From a virus, in IMG/VR virus record IMGVR_UViG_3300042691_050947: a DNA stretch of 64,000 nucleotides; one strand, written 5' to 3'. How positions within the stretch are numbered: the stretch's first letter is position 1; every line of letters starts with the position of its first letter. The notes under the pieces were generated by a model. That model searched no databases and was not told the DNA's origin. It saw nothing but the letters and a program-made list of their open reading frames with translations. The position numbers and the translations under genes were made by a program. Positions 28,322 through 41,100 of the stretch are shown piece by piece.

Positions 28322-31300
28322 ATGAACATTCAAAACTTAAACTTTTTTGATAAGTTTGGGAAAAACTTAAACTTTCTGTATGATGTCACTGATTCAACAT
28401 GGAAGGGTACGATCTTTTTTAAGAATATTTCAGCATATCTTTTCGATAATGAAAATATCTTTATAATGGAAAAGGTTGGGACAAACGATTATCGTTTTCC
28501 TACCCTTGCCCCAAATCAATCCCTAAAGTTTACTTGGGAAGATTCTAAAAATAGCGATATTTTCTTTTTATATGACGTAATTCGTGACACTACCCTACTT
28601 GAAAACTTTATTAACAAGATCGAATCATCGACCATCTCTCACTCTGACTTTTCAAATAGTCCTGCTCCGCTTGACATTAAAATACCGTTGCAAGTAAACC
28701 TTGCATTTAGTCCAAACACTGAGATCGCATATGAAAGAAAGCTCTTAGTTAATTTAATTGACGGATCTACTGAGACTACGATAGCCGAATTTGACATATA
28801 TGGAGAGGGAATTGAGGAGGAGGAAAGATTTAAGATATGGGCCCAAAACTTTGGAATCCGATTCCTAAGAGAGGATGCAAACATTCTTAAAGACTATGAC
28901 ATAAAGGAGGCATTTCCAGACATGGATGCTCTAAATAAAGCAAGAAAACAGTTACTTGTTAACAAGGAGGAAATCTATCCATATATCGGTACCTATCGAG
29001 GATTAATTAACTTTATCAACATTCTAGGTTATCGAGATCTGCTAAAAGTGAAAGAATACTGGCAGAATATCAACGCTAGTTCTGCATATTTTAATAAGCT
29101 AGCAATGGTCGATATCACCGACTACCTAGATGATGGTAAGATCCAGTCACTGGACCTAGTTGACAAAAACAGTAACCTAAAATCAGGTAAGCAGTTTAAA
29201 AAGACTGAGTTTCTTGCCCTAGTCTATGAATTTACTAGAGTCACTGGAGAATTCGATGATGATGGGATTCCTTTAATTGAGGAGACTACTGATTTTACAG
29301 TGGACGAAATTTTCTATAAATTAAACCTTCTTCAAAAAAAGCTAAAGACTGAGATACTCCCAATTAACGTTAAGATAAAAGACGTGATTGGAGAGTTTAT
29401 TTACTTTCAAAAGCTGACTATTAACTATTGGCCCGACTCTACGATAATTCGTGATTATCAGATTAACGAATCAGTTGAGATCGGAGTCTATCCTGGAAAC
29501 AGCACAAACCTTGTGCTTAGGTCGCTAGATCCCCTGTATCGACAATCAGATCCTAACGGAGTTGATTTTGGAGTGATTCGATTTAATGATTCAGCCAAGA
29601 ATCCATTTGAGAACTTTCAATATTATGCAAAGTCTGAGATTCCAGCAATCGTCGAGTATATCACGGAATTTTATGATAACATTCGAGACCAACGACTACC
29701 TGATCTTGGGGCTAGGCTTAGCTGGGAATACGGTGACGATCCTCAACGTGTGATAGGAGCACCGATAGTATTGGTCGCAGACATAAATAAACTTACATTA
29801 AACGATGTTAAAGGAGTTAAGTTAGAAGACTTGGATGAGATTGCAGTAGGAATAAGCGCCTATTGGACCCTTGAGAATATTGACTTTCGTAACTATTATG
29901 AGATCAAGTGGAAGATAACTAAACCCGGACCAAACCCATATAATTTTGAATATCGAGGTCGAATCGCTGATCTATATCAACTTCCTCACTTTCTTCCATT
30001 TGCTGGAAAATATCGAATAACGATCGAGCTTTACGATTTTTGCGGAAACATTAGCGCGTTTTCAAAGTTTATCGAAGTCTCAGATCAAATGAAACCAGAA
30101 ATAATTGCTTTTTCAAGAATAGAGGACAAGTTCGAATATTCTATCAAAAACTTAAGCAATGTTCAACTAAGAGATTTTGGCTCGTCTCCAATTTATTATC
30201 CAAAAATTAATGTTCTAGATAATGAAGATTCTGCAGTTAAAATCGATCTTTATAAGAACTTAACTGAATGGGGATCATTTTTCATGAACCGGTATGGTAT
30301 GGGTCAAAACGTATACGATGTTGACATATACGATGTCGATACTGCAGCATATGTCGCATATAATGATCCTTTACAAAACCATCCTAGAAAAAGATATTGG
30401 GGTCTTGGAGAAAACGACACGCCAATCACTCTAAAAGATTTTAGAGATATTGAGATCGGCTCACTATATTGGATGCGATTAAATAGCTTTGTTCACGTTG
30501 ATGATTTTGAAGCCGGCTTCTACTTCTATACACCAACTGCTGGTGACACAATACAAATTTCATTGTTTACCCCATACGTTATCCCAGCATTTACTAGCTT
30601 AGATGATCTATGTACCATCATGAATGCCAGCATCGATCCAGCAATAAGCCTATTTACCTATTCTGTTTTAAACGGGACTGATATTCATGCACAAGCCAAA
30701 TTCCTAAGTAAAGAATTATATCACACAATATCGTATATCGGCGCCACTATAACCGGCGATACCCACACGTATTTTACTCCTAAAAAAGTATTTTCAACCT
30801 CTCTTGTAAATCACTTAGTCGCAAACTATCCAGCGTTTGAGGAAGAAAATCTATTTGTTTTTGCCAAGACGAGCGACGTTCTTTCGGGTAACATGCAAAA
30901 TCCAGCATTTTGGGTCGATGATTACTGGTATTTTGATAACAATCAGCAATATGGGTTCATACCTACAACAATTGACCAAAACGTGTTTAACCTTGGTGAT
31001 ATTAAACTTTTCAAGGACACGTTTACTATTCCTGAAAACGGAATAGTCTTTTTTGTAGTTAATAACTTAGATGGAAAAAATGATTTTATCTGGTCGCTAA
31101 CTAATACTGTTACTGGAGAAGAGATGATGAGAGTAAAATCAGTTCCTTTCTTTATCTGGAAGTTTAAAGATATTGGAAATTTCTCACTTAGCGTGAGAGT
31201 GATAGATAATCGTGAAACAAATTACGAAAACTCAGTACAAAACTTTATTAGAGTTCTAAATAAGACCCAATATTCCTTTGAGATTGAGGATCGACTCAAC

Positions 31301-31339
31301 GTTAGGAAAAACTACTTAATAAAGAACTCTGTTGCTTAA
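28322..31339 (+). CDS. Virion structural protein, probable baseplate wedge component
   Basis: 1005 aa; YPYIGTYRGLINFINILGY and KLKTEILP resemble phage wedge (gp7/P2-I-like) segments; late motif upstream. Confidence 0.55.
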   Translation: MNIQNLNFFDKFGKNLNFLYDVTDSTWKGTIFFKNISAYLFDNENIFIMEKVGTNDYRFPTLAPNQSLKFTWEDSKNSDIFFLYDVIRDTTLLENFINKIESSTISHSDFSNSPAPLDIKIPLQVNLAFSPNTEIAYERKLLVNLIDGSTETTIAEFDIYGEGIEEEERFKIWAQNFGIRFLREDANILKDYDIKEAFPDMDALNKARKQLLVNKEEIYPYIGTYRGLINFINILGYRDLLKVKEYWQNINASSAYFNKLAMVDITDYLDDGKIQSLDLVDKNSNLKSGKQFKKTEFLALVYEFTRVTGEFDDDGIPLIEETTDFTVDEIFYKLNLLQKKLKTEILPINVKIKDVIGEFIYFQKLTINYWPDSTIIRDYQINESVEIGVYPGNSTNLVLRSLDPLYRQSDPNGVDFGVIRFNDSAKNPFENFQYYAKSEIPAIVEYITEFYDNIRDQRLPDLGARLSWEYGDDPQRVIGAPIVLVADINKLTLNDVKGVKLEDLDEIAVGISAYWTLENIDFRNYYEIKWKITKPGPNPYNFEYRGRIADLYQLPHFLPFAGKYRITIELYDFCGNISAFSKFIEVSDQMKPEIIAFSRIEDKFEYSIKNLSNVQLRDFGSSPIYYPKINVLDNEDSAVKIDLYKNLTEWGSFFMNRYGMGQNVYDVDIYDVDTAAYVAYNDPLQNHPRKRYWGLGENDTPITLKDFRDIEIGSLYWMRLNSFVHVDDFEAGFYFYTPTAGDTIQISLFTPYVIPAFTSLDDLCTIMNASIDPAISLFTYSVLNGTDIHAQAKFLSKELYHTISYIGATITGDTHTYFTPKKVFSTSLVNHLVANYPAFEEENLFVFAKTSDVLSGNMQNPAFWVDDYWYFDNNQQYGFIPTTIDQNVFNLGDIKLFKDTFTIPENGIVFFVVNNLDGKNDFIWSLTNTVTGEEMMRVKSVPFFIWKFKDIGNFSLSVRVIDNRETNYENSVQNFIRVLNKTQYSFEIEDRLNVRKNYLIKNSVA

Positions 31340-31368
31340 TAATAAATAACTAAAATAATTAATTAATT

Positions 31369-32322
31369 ATGCCTTTTACGCCGATTTCGTTACCGATTCA
31401 GCAGATGCTACTAACTAATTTTGTTACGGACATTGCGACTATAACAAATGCTAATACTCTGCTTCTTCAAGCACAGCTTGAAGACTTAATAAATGACCTT
31501 GAAATCGATATTTCGAACAAGACAATAGGCACAGATACTCCAATCAACTATTTAAAATCAGATACTGTTATTCTACAGGATACTGGTCTAATCTATCAGA
31601 CAGGTTCGCCGACTCCGACTATTATTGCAACACTAGCTAAAAACATAAGTAATGAGTCAGTTCTTACTGTAGATCATCTAGTCAATAATATCACAGCTGG
31701 ATTTGATGTTGTTACTCTAAATGATTTAACAGTCAATACTTCAGCTATTTTTACAGGAACAGCTGATTTTAATGCTCCACTCACAATAAATTCTAGCGTA
31801 ATCGAATCAAAAGAGAGCATTCAGGAAGATCTTCTTTGGACTGGGACACCTGCAACTCCAGCGGAAGCAACGATCACATTAAGTAACACTTCTAGGCAGA
31901 ACATATTTCTTACATTGAAGGCAAGCACTGCACCTGACCCAACTCCAGTATATGATGGAGTCGGAACAATCGACTCAAATATCAATGAATTTAATGTAAT
32001 CATTGATTTTGATGCAGTCAACCCACCAGCCCAAAACACAAAATTCACCATTTATCTGATTGATATTATTGATTCAGTAGCATTAAACACGATAATTAGT
32101 CCAGCGGTCCAGACAGCTGCAATTCCAATAAAGTTTCTTGCTGGTACCAACCTAAATACTACAAATGCAATCATATTGCACGATAACACTAGCTCAGTAG
32201 GAGTTGCAGATACTACTTTTATTAATCAGTATGGAACTAGTGTTACGTTTAACTATATAATTGATGTAAATAATGACGACCGCCTTCTTGCTACAAGTCT
32301 AGTTGGAACGTCAGTATTCTAA
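31369..32322 (+). CDS. Virion structural protein (fibre/baseplate-associated)
   Basis: Thr/Asn-rich beta protein in the late cluster. Confidence 0.55.
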   Translation: MPFTPISLPIQQMLLTNFVTDIATITNANTLLLQAQLEDLINDLEIDISNKTIGTDTPINYLKSDTVILQDTGLIYQTGSPTPTIIATLAKNISNESVLTVDHLVNNITAGFDVVTLNDLTVNTSAIFTGTADFNAPLTINSSVIESKESIQEDLLWTGTPATPAEATITLSNTSRQNIFLTLKASTAPDPTPVYDGVGTIDSNINEFNVIIDFDAVNPPAQNTKFTIYLIDIIDSVALNTIISPAVQTAAIPIKFLAGTNLNTTNAIILHDNTSSVGVADTTFINQYGTSVTFNYIIDVNNDDRLLATSLVGTSVF

Positions 32323-32341
32323 TAAAAAAAGAAAAAATTAA

Positions 32342-34459
32342 ATGGCAGTAACTCCTTTAATTAAGCCAGTTCAGGACAAGAAGGGGATATTTTATAACTT
32401 TCAAAGTGCTCTTGAAGACATAAATATCACGCTTGCAAATAGCGAAAATGCTGTTCGTTTTTCAAAGTTTGCACTACTTAGAATACCAGAGATAGGTACA
32501 CCAAATACCCTAGCAACTGATAACAAAATACAGTTTGCCGCAGCTGGTGAGTCTCCGATAATTGAAGGACTTAATCCAGACAATAACGTTAATTTAGCTG
32601 AAAGCTTTCAAAACTACGCACTAAACTTGGAATCGTTATTATTAAGTAGACCAACATATAAAAAGAATGAACGACTAACTGTATCTGAAAGAGTCTTTTG
32701 GAAGTGGTTAAAGGAACTAGGATCAATCAGGTTTCAGGATGCAAATGCTCTTGAAAAAAACACAGCAAACCTACCAGTAGATCCAGTAGATCACACCGAA
32801 TATCGATTTGTAGAAAAACCCGAAACAAATTCTACCTATAATCGGGTAGTAAAATATATCGGTGATATCGATGTCGTAAACACTCTTTCTTCTAGCGAAA
32901 ACTCATACACCGAAGTTTATATTCACGTTCCTACCAATGTAGGAACCACTCCACACGTACTATTTAAGTCAGTAAAGGACGATAATTATAAACCTGGAAT
33001 GACGATTGCAAATACTCTAGCTGCACCGTTAGACATTGAATATCTTTCAGGTAGAAAATACAATGAGACCCATCCATTTGGACTTTCACTAAAGGCCTTT
33101 TATGACTTAGACGATGCTAGTGTAACTGCCCAAATAAAAAACACACTGGCTGGTGCATACTCTCCAGGTAACTGGTTTACGGGAACAATAAACAATTCAT
33201 ACTATACTGACAATAACGGTTCTAATCAATATTATGTTGCATCAGATCAGTTTATCAAAAAGACATTCGGTCCAACCATAGTTGAATATCAGCGATCTAC
33301 CTTGGATGGAATCTCTATAGATTTTGACTTAGCTAACTATAAACTCGCTAGCGAAAACCCGGAAATCAAAGTTTTTTCTCAATTCAATGATTACGTAGCT
33401 AATCGTGATTTTGAATTTAATGCGGTCCTAGTATATTATGATACGTATGATCCAAACAATTTAGATTCTACTGGAAATCCAATCGATTTTAGAACAAACC
33501 TATACGGTGTCCTATTTTTAGACAAAGTTCAACAAAGCGGTCTAGAATTTGCGATTCCTCCAATAAGTAAGTATAAACCAGATCCAATAAGTAAGACCAA
33601 CGGTAATGCTTTTTCATTTAAGTTAAACCTTAAATTAGATACTTCTATTGAGGACGCAAAAGTTGAAAAATCAATAAACGACTACTCAACCTTTTCTCTA
33701 GAGCTATTTACTGATGTTTTAACCAAGTTCACCCAGCTCCAGACAAGTTTTTCGAATAAACTAATTGAACTAGAGGCTTTACAGCAACAAGTAAATTCAA
33801 TTAAAGACTTATTAGTTAACTCTATTGACTCTAGCGAAATCCTAACTAGGGTTTCCAATTTAGAGACTTCTCTTATTGCAAATCAAGCGATTTTTAGCAA
33901 TACTGGTGAACTTGTTGCAATGATCGATAACACTAATTCTAAAATCAATTCAATCATTGCTGGTGATACTAACATTGTCGTATCATACGATTTAGATGGG
34001 ATCCGACCTGGTGAAGGAATTGTGATCGACCGTAGTACACCAAATAGAGTAAGGGTAGTGAACACCAACCAACAATATAACATTGCAAACGGCTCTTTAA
34101 CAAATATTGTGACGGGAAGTATCCTAACCTTAGGTACCTTTACTAATTATTTTGTCCATCAAAATGCAAGTACTCCTACCATACTAACTAATGATCTTTC
34201 TCTTTACATCAATGATACAGATATCAGATGGAAAAAAGGTCAAGTTCTTAGATTAGTCATAGAGGATGAAATCATTCCAGGGACATTTGATTTTAAAATA
34301 TACACAGATGCTCTAAATAGAAATAATACTGGTGTGTATGGTGTAGTAATCGGATTATTTAATGACCTAGATTTTACTCCATCATTAAACAAACCTATTT
34401 TTGACATCATCTGTTTAGACGATGCGACCTTTACATTTAGAGTAGACAAAATAAGATAA
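32342..34459 (+). CDS. Virion structural protein (baseplate region)
   Basis: 705 aa, coiled-coil segment, late cluster context. Confidence 0.55.
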   Translation: MAVTPLIKPVQDKKGIFYNFQSALEDINITLANSENAVRFSKFALLRIPEIGTPNTLATDNKIQFAAAGESPIIEGLNPDNNVNLAESFQNYALNLESLLLSRPTYKKNERLTVSERVFWKWLKELGSIRFQDANALEKNTANLPVDPVDHTEYRFVEKPETNSTYNRVVKYIGDIDVVNTLSSSENSYTEVYIHVPTNVGTTPHVLFKSVKDDNYKPGMTIANTLAAPLDIEYLSGRKYNETHPFGLSLKAFYDLDDASVTAQIKNTLAGAYSPGNWFTGTINNSYYTDNNGSNQYYVASDQFIKKTFGPTIVEYQRSTLDGISIDFDLANYKLASENPEIKVFSQFNDYVANRDFEFNAVLVYYDTYDPNNLDSTGNPIDFRTNLYGVLFLDKVQQSGLEFAIPPISKYKPDPISKTNGNAFSFKLNLKLDTSIEDAKVEKSINDYSTFSLELFTDVLTKFTQLQTSFSNKLIELEALQQQVNSIKDLLVNSIDSSEILTRVSNLETSLIANQAIFSNTGELVAMIDNTNSKINSIIAGDTNIVVSYDLDGIRPGEGIVIDRSTPNRVRVVNTNQQYNIANGSLTNIVTGSILTLGTFTNYFVHQNASTPTILTNDLSLYINDTDIRWKKGQVLRLVIEDEIIPGTFDFKIYTDALNRNNTGVYGVVIGLFNDLDFTPSLNKPIFDIICLDDATFTFRVDKIR

Positions 34460-34468
34460 CCTTAATAC

Positions 34469-37400
34469 ATGGAAACAAAACATACGCTATCTGACGTTTT
34501 AAAAAGACTTGTTGTTGACATCGACAACATGAATCAATTTTTATTCAGCTTACAAAATATTCTAGAGTCAAGCTCAGAGAACGTCACTGTTTCTCAAACA
34601 AAGGTTGATGGGACTTCAACTAATATCACTGTTCCTTCATTTGGATATCTAAAAGGTAAGATCGAAGACATCAACACAAAGTTTGATACCTTAATCTCAG
34701 CAAATAGCGATGTGATTGGAATAAAGTCTTCTAGTGGAGACCTTAGGAAATTTGAATTAAAAAAGACCTCACAACTAGTAAAAGACTTGGAGGCCGTTCA
34801 AAACTCAACCTTTGCCGTTCCAAGTTCATTTAAAGTAAAAAATAACTGGTTTTTTGAATCATTCCTAAATCCTTTGCTCTATGTTAGCTTAGACGTATCT
34901 GCTATCTTAACTGATGATATTGATCAATTCGTAGTCAAAAGAATCATAGTAAATTCAGTTAATAACGATGATGTTGCAACATTCTTTGACGATAACTATA
35001 AAGGACAGAACGACCTTTCTTATCCTAGCCTAGTTCAGGAGCTTAACGATAATGGTATTGACTTTTTTGAAGACGATAATATCGTTGATATGGAAGTATC
35101 AGTAAATAGATATCAGGGATCTTTTGATGTAGTTAAGATATTGGAGGAGACTGGAAATCAGACTCTAACAAGCGGAGCAACCGTTTCAACATTACGTCGT
35201 CGATATAAGTTAAGTACTCTAGTTTATACTGACATATTATCTGGAATACAAAATAGCAAATCTCTAGCTGAGGGTGACGTTTTACTAACTGCAAACGATA
35301 CTGAATATCGAGTAATCTCAATAAATTCTACGGATACTGAGGTCGTGCTCGAGAGAATATTTGGAAACGATCCTATTACAATAGGCGCAGATATTCTTAA
35401 GTTAAAGCCAGTTCCATACCGTCGACCTGAATTACAAGTAAATGTAGGTTTTAATGAAAGAGAAGTGATCTTTATTAAACCTGTAAGCAAGGCTAAAAAC
35501 CTAACAATTAATGATTTTTCTAAAGGGCTTGCTCTATATACAAATGAGTTGACAATTCCTTTGCAAGACGAGTCCACTACGACCCTCGCCGATTACTATA
35601 ACAACTTTGTATCTGATTTTGGACTGATTCTCTTGAATCTAGCAAAAGAAAAGACATTACCGTCGATCTTAGCTATAACGCCAGATGCGCCAGCCCTAGA
35701 CGAGACCAGTTTTAAAGTATATCAAATAGATCAGCATATCCAAGATGATAATAGCATAACTGAATTAAACAATAACGTAAAGGAAAAAGCCGCTCTTCAG
35801 CAAGAGGTTGAGGAACTTAACAAGAAGATTGACTCGATTAAATCGAGCATCACAACTATTTCCAAGACACCAAAGGAGGCAAAACGTTTACAAAACAAGT
35901 TGACTGAATCTCTTACTGCTCGGAACGAAAAAACAGCCGCTCTTTCTTCTATTGTCACTAACATTACAACTCAACTCTCTACGACCCCACAATTTGTTAC
36001 CAATAAAAAATATGAAGTTCGAGGATTTTGGCAAATACCTAATCCTAAATTAGATAAGTATGGAACTCAAAACGTAGTCCAGTTTAAATACCGTTATCGA
36101 TACTTAAGTCTTACTGGAACTCAACCGAACGCTCAACAACAATCATTCGTTGATGTTGATGGAGCAACCAAGACGGCAACCTTTTCTCCATGGACTGAGG
36201 TGTTAACTAAACCTAGACAAAAGGTATTGGATGAGACTACTGGTCTTTATGTTTGGGCCGAAGAGACTCTTACTGATTCAGAAGTAGTAAACACAAATCA
36301 ATTAAACATAGCGATTAGAAAAGGAGAATTAGTTGAGATTCAAGTAAAATCTCTCTCTGAAGCAGGCTGGCCAACGAATGCTGCTGAATCAGTATGGTCA
36401 AACGTAATTCAAGTAAAATTTCCAGACAATATTCAATCTCAAGAAGAGGGTGTAGTCATGTCTCAAAAAGCATTTACCGAAAAGGCTAGGCTTGATTTTG
36501 AAAACAGCCTAAACGCTAAGGGACTAGACAATCACCTAGCTAATCAGTTTACTTCAGGCGATAAGTTCTATGCTCACCTAGCAGAAGACATTTCTAGTGG
36601 GTTTTTTACAAATGAAGGAAACGTCATTGACTTGTATCAAAAATTAAAAAATCTACAGTCTACTCTAGATGCAATCCAACAATCAATTAACCTTGATCGT
36701 GGAGTAATCAAAGTAAGTGTCATCGACTCAGAAGGAAACTCATTAGACGTTGCAAACGGAGACACAATTCAACTTTTTGCTGGATATTATAAGGACCTAA
36801 TTAAGGATACTACTGGAGGAACTGTGATCTATAATGAAGGTGCAATAATCACCAAACAGTATGCTATCTCTATTCAAAATACGTCAGCTACAAATCTTGA
36901 ACTAATTTCCCTATTATTTGGAGGAATAAATGAATTAGCTGAAGGGATAGATCCAGTAACAGGTATATCTGTTCCCACTGATCCGTTAGCATATCCTACT
37001 TCAGATTATCACGTAAACCGGAGATATGATATTGTTCCGATTGGTGTCAATTCAAATCCAGTTCCTCTAATTTCTAACTTTAAACAAAAAGCTAGTACAC
37101 AATCGGCTCAAGTAAAGAGCCAATTTATTCACTCTAGAGTAAGAGAGTATGGATTGTCTGAAGAGATTTATTCTCCTAGCGTTCCTGCAACAACATACGC
37201 TGGAGCTACCTATTATACACAAGCATATGTCTATGATGGCAGAACAGTCGGCACTACACAGTATGTTCCAGCAAACTGGGGACACTACTTACCGTTCAAT
37301 CCTCAGTTATTAATTCCTGGAACAGCAACTGATTCTAGAATTTGGAATGGAACGACTAATGCATCGTCAATTGCAAATGGCTCTGGATACCTTACTGAAT

Positions 37401-38095
37401 TCTGTATCAGTAAAGATCATCCGCATCTTACTACATTGGGTCCATCATTCAATTCAGTCTATTCAGTTACTACATTGGCTGAAGCATTTCGACCAGATTT
37501 TAATGCAGTTGCACCAATCACAGCAGCAGACTTTCAAAAATACTTGCCGTTTGCTCATTCACTTCACTTTGAGACTTCTGTCTCAGAAGTAACTAATGCA
37601 TATGGTATTGAATATTATAAGCAGGCAAGTCGAATCACTCCTTTGACTCCATCTAATAACACAACATCGGCTGGTAAGAATGATAGTCACTATCCAATTA
37701 AGTTAGGTTTTGTGAAAGATGACGAATATCTAATAGGAAAATATACATGTGGTTCATACCTTTATCTATACCCTACTACATATGAATCAGTATCTGTCGA
37801 AGGAAACTTCCCAGCGCGATCAGTTAAACCTGTCACATTTGGTCCAGAGAATGCATTAAATATCCCAGTATTGTTTCAGTTCAGAGCATCTGATAGGTTG
37901 GGATATATTGGAGGATATCGAAGAACCGGAGACGCTTTAACTAATATAAAATATTCAAAGAAGCTAGGCATTGATATTATCTTAAAAGATGATGCACCTT
38001 TCTCGTTTGATTTACAAGTAAGCGCACAATATGCTAAAGAGACTACTCTAGATGCACCATTGGTTCAAAGTAAAGGAAAAGTTTCAAGTTTCTAA
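34469..38095 (+). CDS. Large virion structural protein with coiled coil
   Basis: 1208 aa; heptad region ITELNNNVKEKAALQQEVEELNKKIDSIK; late cluster. Confidence 0.55.
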   Translation: METKHTLSDVLKRLVVDIDNMNQFLFSLQNILESSSENVTVSQTKVDGTSTNITVPSFGYLKGKIEDINTKFDTLISANSDVIGIKSSSGDLRKFELKKTSQLVKDLEAVQNSTFAVPSSFKVKNNWFFESFLNPLLYVSLDVSAILTDDIDQFVVKRIIVNSVNNDDVATFFDDNYKGQNDLSYPSLVQELNDNGIDFFEDDNIVDMEVSVNRYQGSFDVVKILEETGNQTLTSGATVSTLRRRYKLSTLVYTDILSGIQNSKSLAEGDVLLTANDTEYRVISINSTDTEVVLERIFGNDPITIGADILKLKPVPYRRPELQVNVGFNEREVIFIKPVSKAKNLTINDFSKGLALYTNELTIPLQDESTTTLADYYNNFVSDFGLILLNLAKEKTLPSILAITPDAPALDETSFKVYQIDQHIQDDNSITELNNNVKEKAALQQEVEELNKKIDSIKSSITTISKTPKEAKRLQNKLTESLTARNEKTAALSSIVTNITTQLSTTPQFVTNKKYEVRGFWQIPNPKLDKYGTQNVVQFKYRYRYLSLTGTQPNAQQQSFVDVDGATKTATFSPWTEVLTKPRQKVLDETTGLYVWAEETLTDSEVVNTNQLNIAIRKGELVEIQVKSLSEAGWPTNAAESVWSNVIQVKFPDNIQSQEEGVVMSQKAFTEKARLDFENSLNAKGLDNHLANQFTSGDKFYAHLAEDISSGFFTNEGNVIDLYQKLKNLQSTLDAIQQSINLDRGVIKVSVIDSEGNSLDVANGDTIQLFAGYYKDLIKDTTGGTVIYNEGAIITKQYAISIQNTSATNLELISLLFGGINELAEGIDPVTGISVPTDPLAYPTSDYHVNRRYDIVPIGVNSNPVPLISNFKQKASTQSAQVKSQFIHSRVREYGLSEEIYSPSVPATTYAGATYYTQAYVYDGRTVGTTQYVPANWGHYLPFNPQLLIPGTATDSRIWNGTTNASSIANGSGYLTEFCISKDHPHLTTLGPSFNSVYSVTTLAEAFRPDFNAVAPITAADFQKYLPFAHSLHFETSVSEVTNAYGIEYYKQASRITPLTPSNNTTSAGKNDSHYPIKLGFVKDDEYLIGKYTCGSYLYLYPTTYESVSVEGNFPARSVKPVTFGPENALNIPVLFQFRASDRLGYIGGYRRTGDALTNIKYSKKLGIDIILKDDAPFSFDLQVSAQYAKETTLDAPLVQSKGKVSSF

Positions 38096-38115
38096 AAAAA
38101 TGAACGTACATCAAT

Positions 38116-41100
38116 ATGAGTAATCGTGACATAAATTATGTTAAGTTATTAACGGAGGACAGTAGTTTTCAATTAGTTAGGACAAATCCTAAATTAACTG
38201 GAAACGTTAAGATCACGATAAATGAATCAGGAAACCTGTGGTTAGAATCGATAAAAGCGAACCCTGAGCTTTCAAAAGATCTCTATTCTAAAGTTCCGAT
38301 CGATACTGCTCAATCTCATCCAGCAAACTTACTTAGATTTTTTAATAATGGATCAACTCCAAACGAGATAATATTTGACCTAAATGAACAGGTGAATGCT
38401 ACAAAGACTTCTAAGAATTTTAAGGATCAGTATGATTTTTCACACTATTTTAGTGGAGCAAAATATTTAGCATCCAATAAGTATACTGAAAGAATGTCGT
38501 ATTTTGCCCCTCTGTATCTTAAAGAAGAGGTGCCAGACTATTTTATAATTTTTAAGATAGACGATCCCGCCAATTTTCCACTGGACCAAGTAAAACAAAA
38601 CTATGTCTCTGGGGAGACAAAGACCGATTACTTAATCGATCTTTTCACTCGAGCTTCAATCATCAAGACATTCGACATTAGAGCAGAAACTATTCCTGGA
38701 AAATACTTGAGAGATTACATAAACAACGTAAATTTTCCAACGAGTCCATTGACTGTTCTCTATGAAGAGGACGACTTTACTACATGGAATGGCATCTTAA
38801 TAAATGAAGGAATATTTGGAAGTAGGGGAGAGCTAATAAGCAGCCTCTATACTTCTTCCCAACCTTTAAAGTTCTTTGAAGAAAACATTACTAATGGATT
38901 TTCTAGAAATGGTGTGATTTTTCCAAATATTTTAAACCTAGAATTTGTATTTAATGACGATAGCTCAAATAAGTACGATTTTAATAGATATCTAGGAATG
39001 TATGTAAACGCCATTGAGTTGACTAAGTTAGACATAGATCTTGACCGAGCATACTTAAATAGGGGAACTTGGGAAAACGAACCTCACTTTAGAAAGAGAT
39101 TCCTAGAGACAGACGAAGTTTTTCTTACTCAATCAAATCCAGATGGCGTAATCGTTCCTTTTAAAAATTCAGAAGTAAAATTTTCAGACTTTTCAAGAAC
39201 GTTTGTTGATTCAGACAATCTATTTATAAATTACATAAGCGATAAGGATAGCCGGTTATATATGCCGAAACTAACTAATCCATTTAGTATCGAGTATGGA
39301 CCTTTAAAAACAGCCAGTCTTTCTGCAATTGGGGCTCTAGTAAACGCAAATATTACCTCGCATGGATATGAGACAAACGATCTAATCGTAATTGATTCGA
39401 TTGACTCTGAGTATTCTGGTGAGTTCCTAATAACTGCAATAGATCCCAATAACTTTGAGTATACTGTCTCTTCTGCACCAGCCAATCCTACCTCGACTGG
39501 AACCTCTAAAAAAGAACTTTCTACTGGTCAGTTTAGGTTTGCAAATAACAAGATAGATCTTGGATTATTTTTTGGACAGAGTAGAAAAAATTTTTTACAG
39601 GACATCGGTACTGCAACTAAGGTTGCCGGTAAATCACATGCCGTAATAAAAATAAATTATGCAGGTCGAGTAAGTCAGTTTAACTTGTCTTTAGTCGGCA
39701 CGAGTTACATTGGATCAACTGGTGTAACTACTACTGGAGGCAGTGGTACTGGCTTGACACTAGATCTAATCGATAACGGTGCAGGTGGAATATTATCAGC
39801 TACGATAGATCAGCCTGGTTCAGGTTATCAAGTTGGCGATGTAATCACGATCGATGGTGGAAACAATAACGCAACAATTACTGTTTCGGCTGTCATAAAC
39901 GCTTCGCTTGACAATTATGATGAGATTAAAATATATCATCCAAATGGCACGCAAATTGACTCAATAGGTAAGTATGATTTAATAGTCTCAACTCAACTTT
40001 ACCCATTGATTCCCAATCCTGGAGAGTACTATGTCTATAATGATTATGATAATGTCCTAGGATATGATGAGTTTTACATGAATGGTGGAGGCACTGCAAG
40101 TCAGATCGCAAGCGCACTTGCCGGATGTATTAATGGTATTCGAAGTAGAACATTTACCGCCTATCAATATGATGATCGTGTATTTATTAAAGCCAATTCT
40201 CCTGGAGATTTTGATCAGTTACATAAGATCTCTTTCTTTTCTCCAGTAAATGAATATTCAGTAATCACAATAAATAGCACAAATACTGGATCTGCTCTGA
40301 TTGGCTCAGTCTTTTCCTTTATGGGAGGATCTAAAGAAACGGGTAATCGACTAATCATAGATGCTGGTCATCTCAGTAAGATCGAGACAAACTTAGATTC
40401 TATTCTTGTAAAATCATCAGATAGCTGGTCAAAGATCAGAAAAGTATCACAATGGGTTGATGAGATCACTGAAACTAACTCAACTACTCAAGCGCTAAGA
40501 TCAAAGGCCGTCTCAGAATATGATGGCAAAATAGCAATAGTATTGGAAGAAAATGAGACTCCAACAATCTCTAATAAAGAATTCCTAATGAAACCTAAGT
40601 TTAGGCCTTCATTTGGTCTACTCTCTTTTTATCTAATTAAGGATCTAGACTTTGATTTTTACTCAAGTACATACACTAATTTTCCAATAATCGATTTATA
40701 TCAGCACTATTTTATTCCAGAAGGAATGGACCTATTGGAACCAGGAATAGATTATATCGTATATAACGGTTCAATTTTAACAGAGGGCACTACTTATCCA
40801 GCAAACTCAACATTTACAGTTTCTACGATTACCTCATATTCAATAGTAACGGGTACTCCATTAGTAACATATGATCCTTCTACTACAAGTTCAGTGATTC
40901 CAGTCAATGATGAAAACAAGGAGCTCAAAGGTTTTGACGGATTCTCAATCCTAAAGGACCCAAGTAAGATTGTTCAGCAAGACACAAGTAATGAATACAT
41001 ATTTAAGACAAAATACTTAAATGGTCTTACTAATACTGAATATGATTACTATAAAGAAAATGAAAGTCTAGATTTTGCTCTACGGTCTAAGGTGATACCA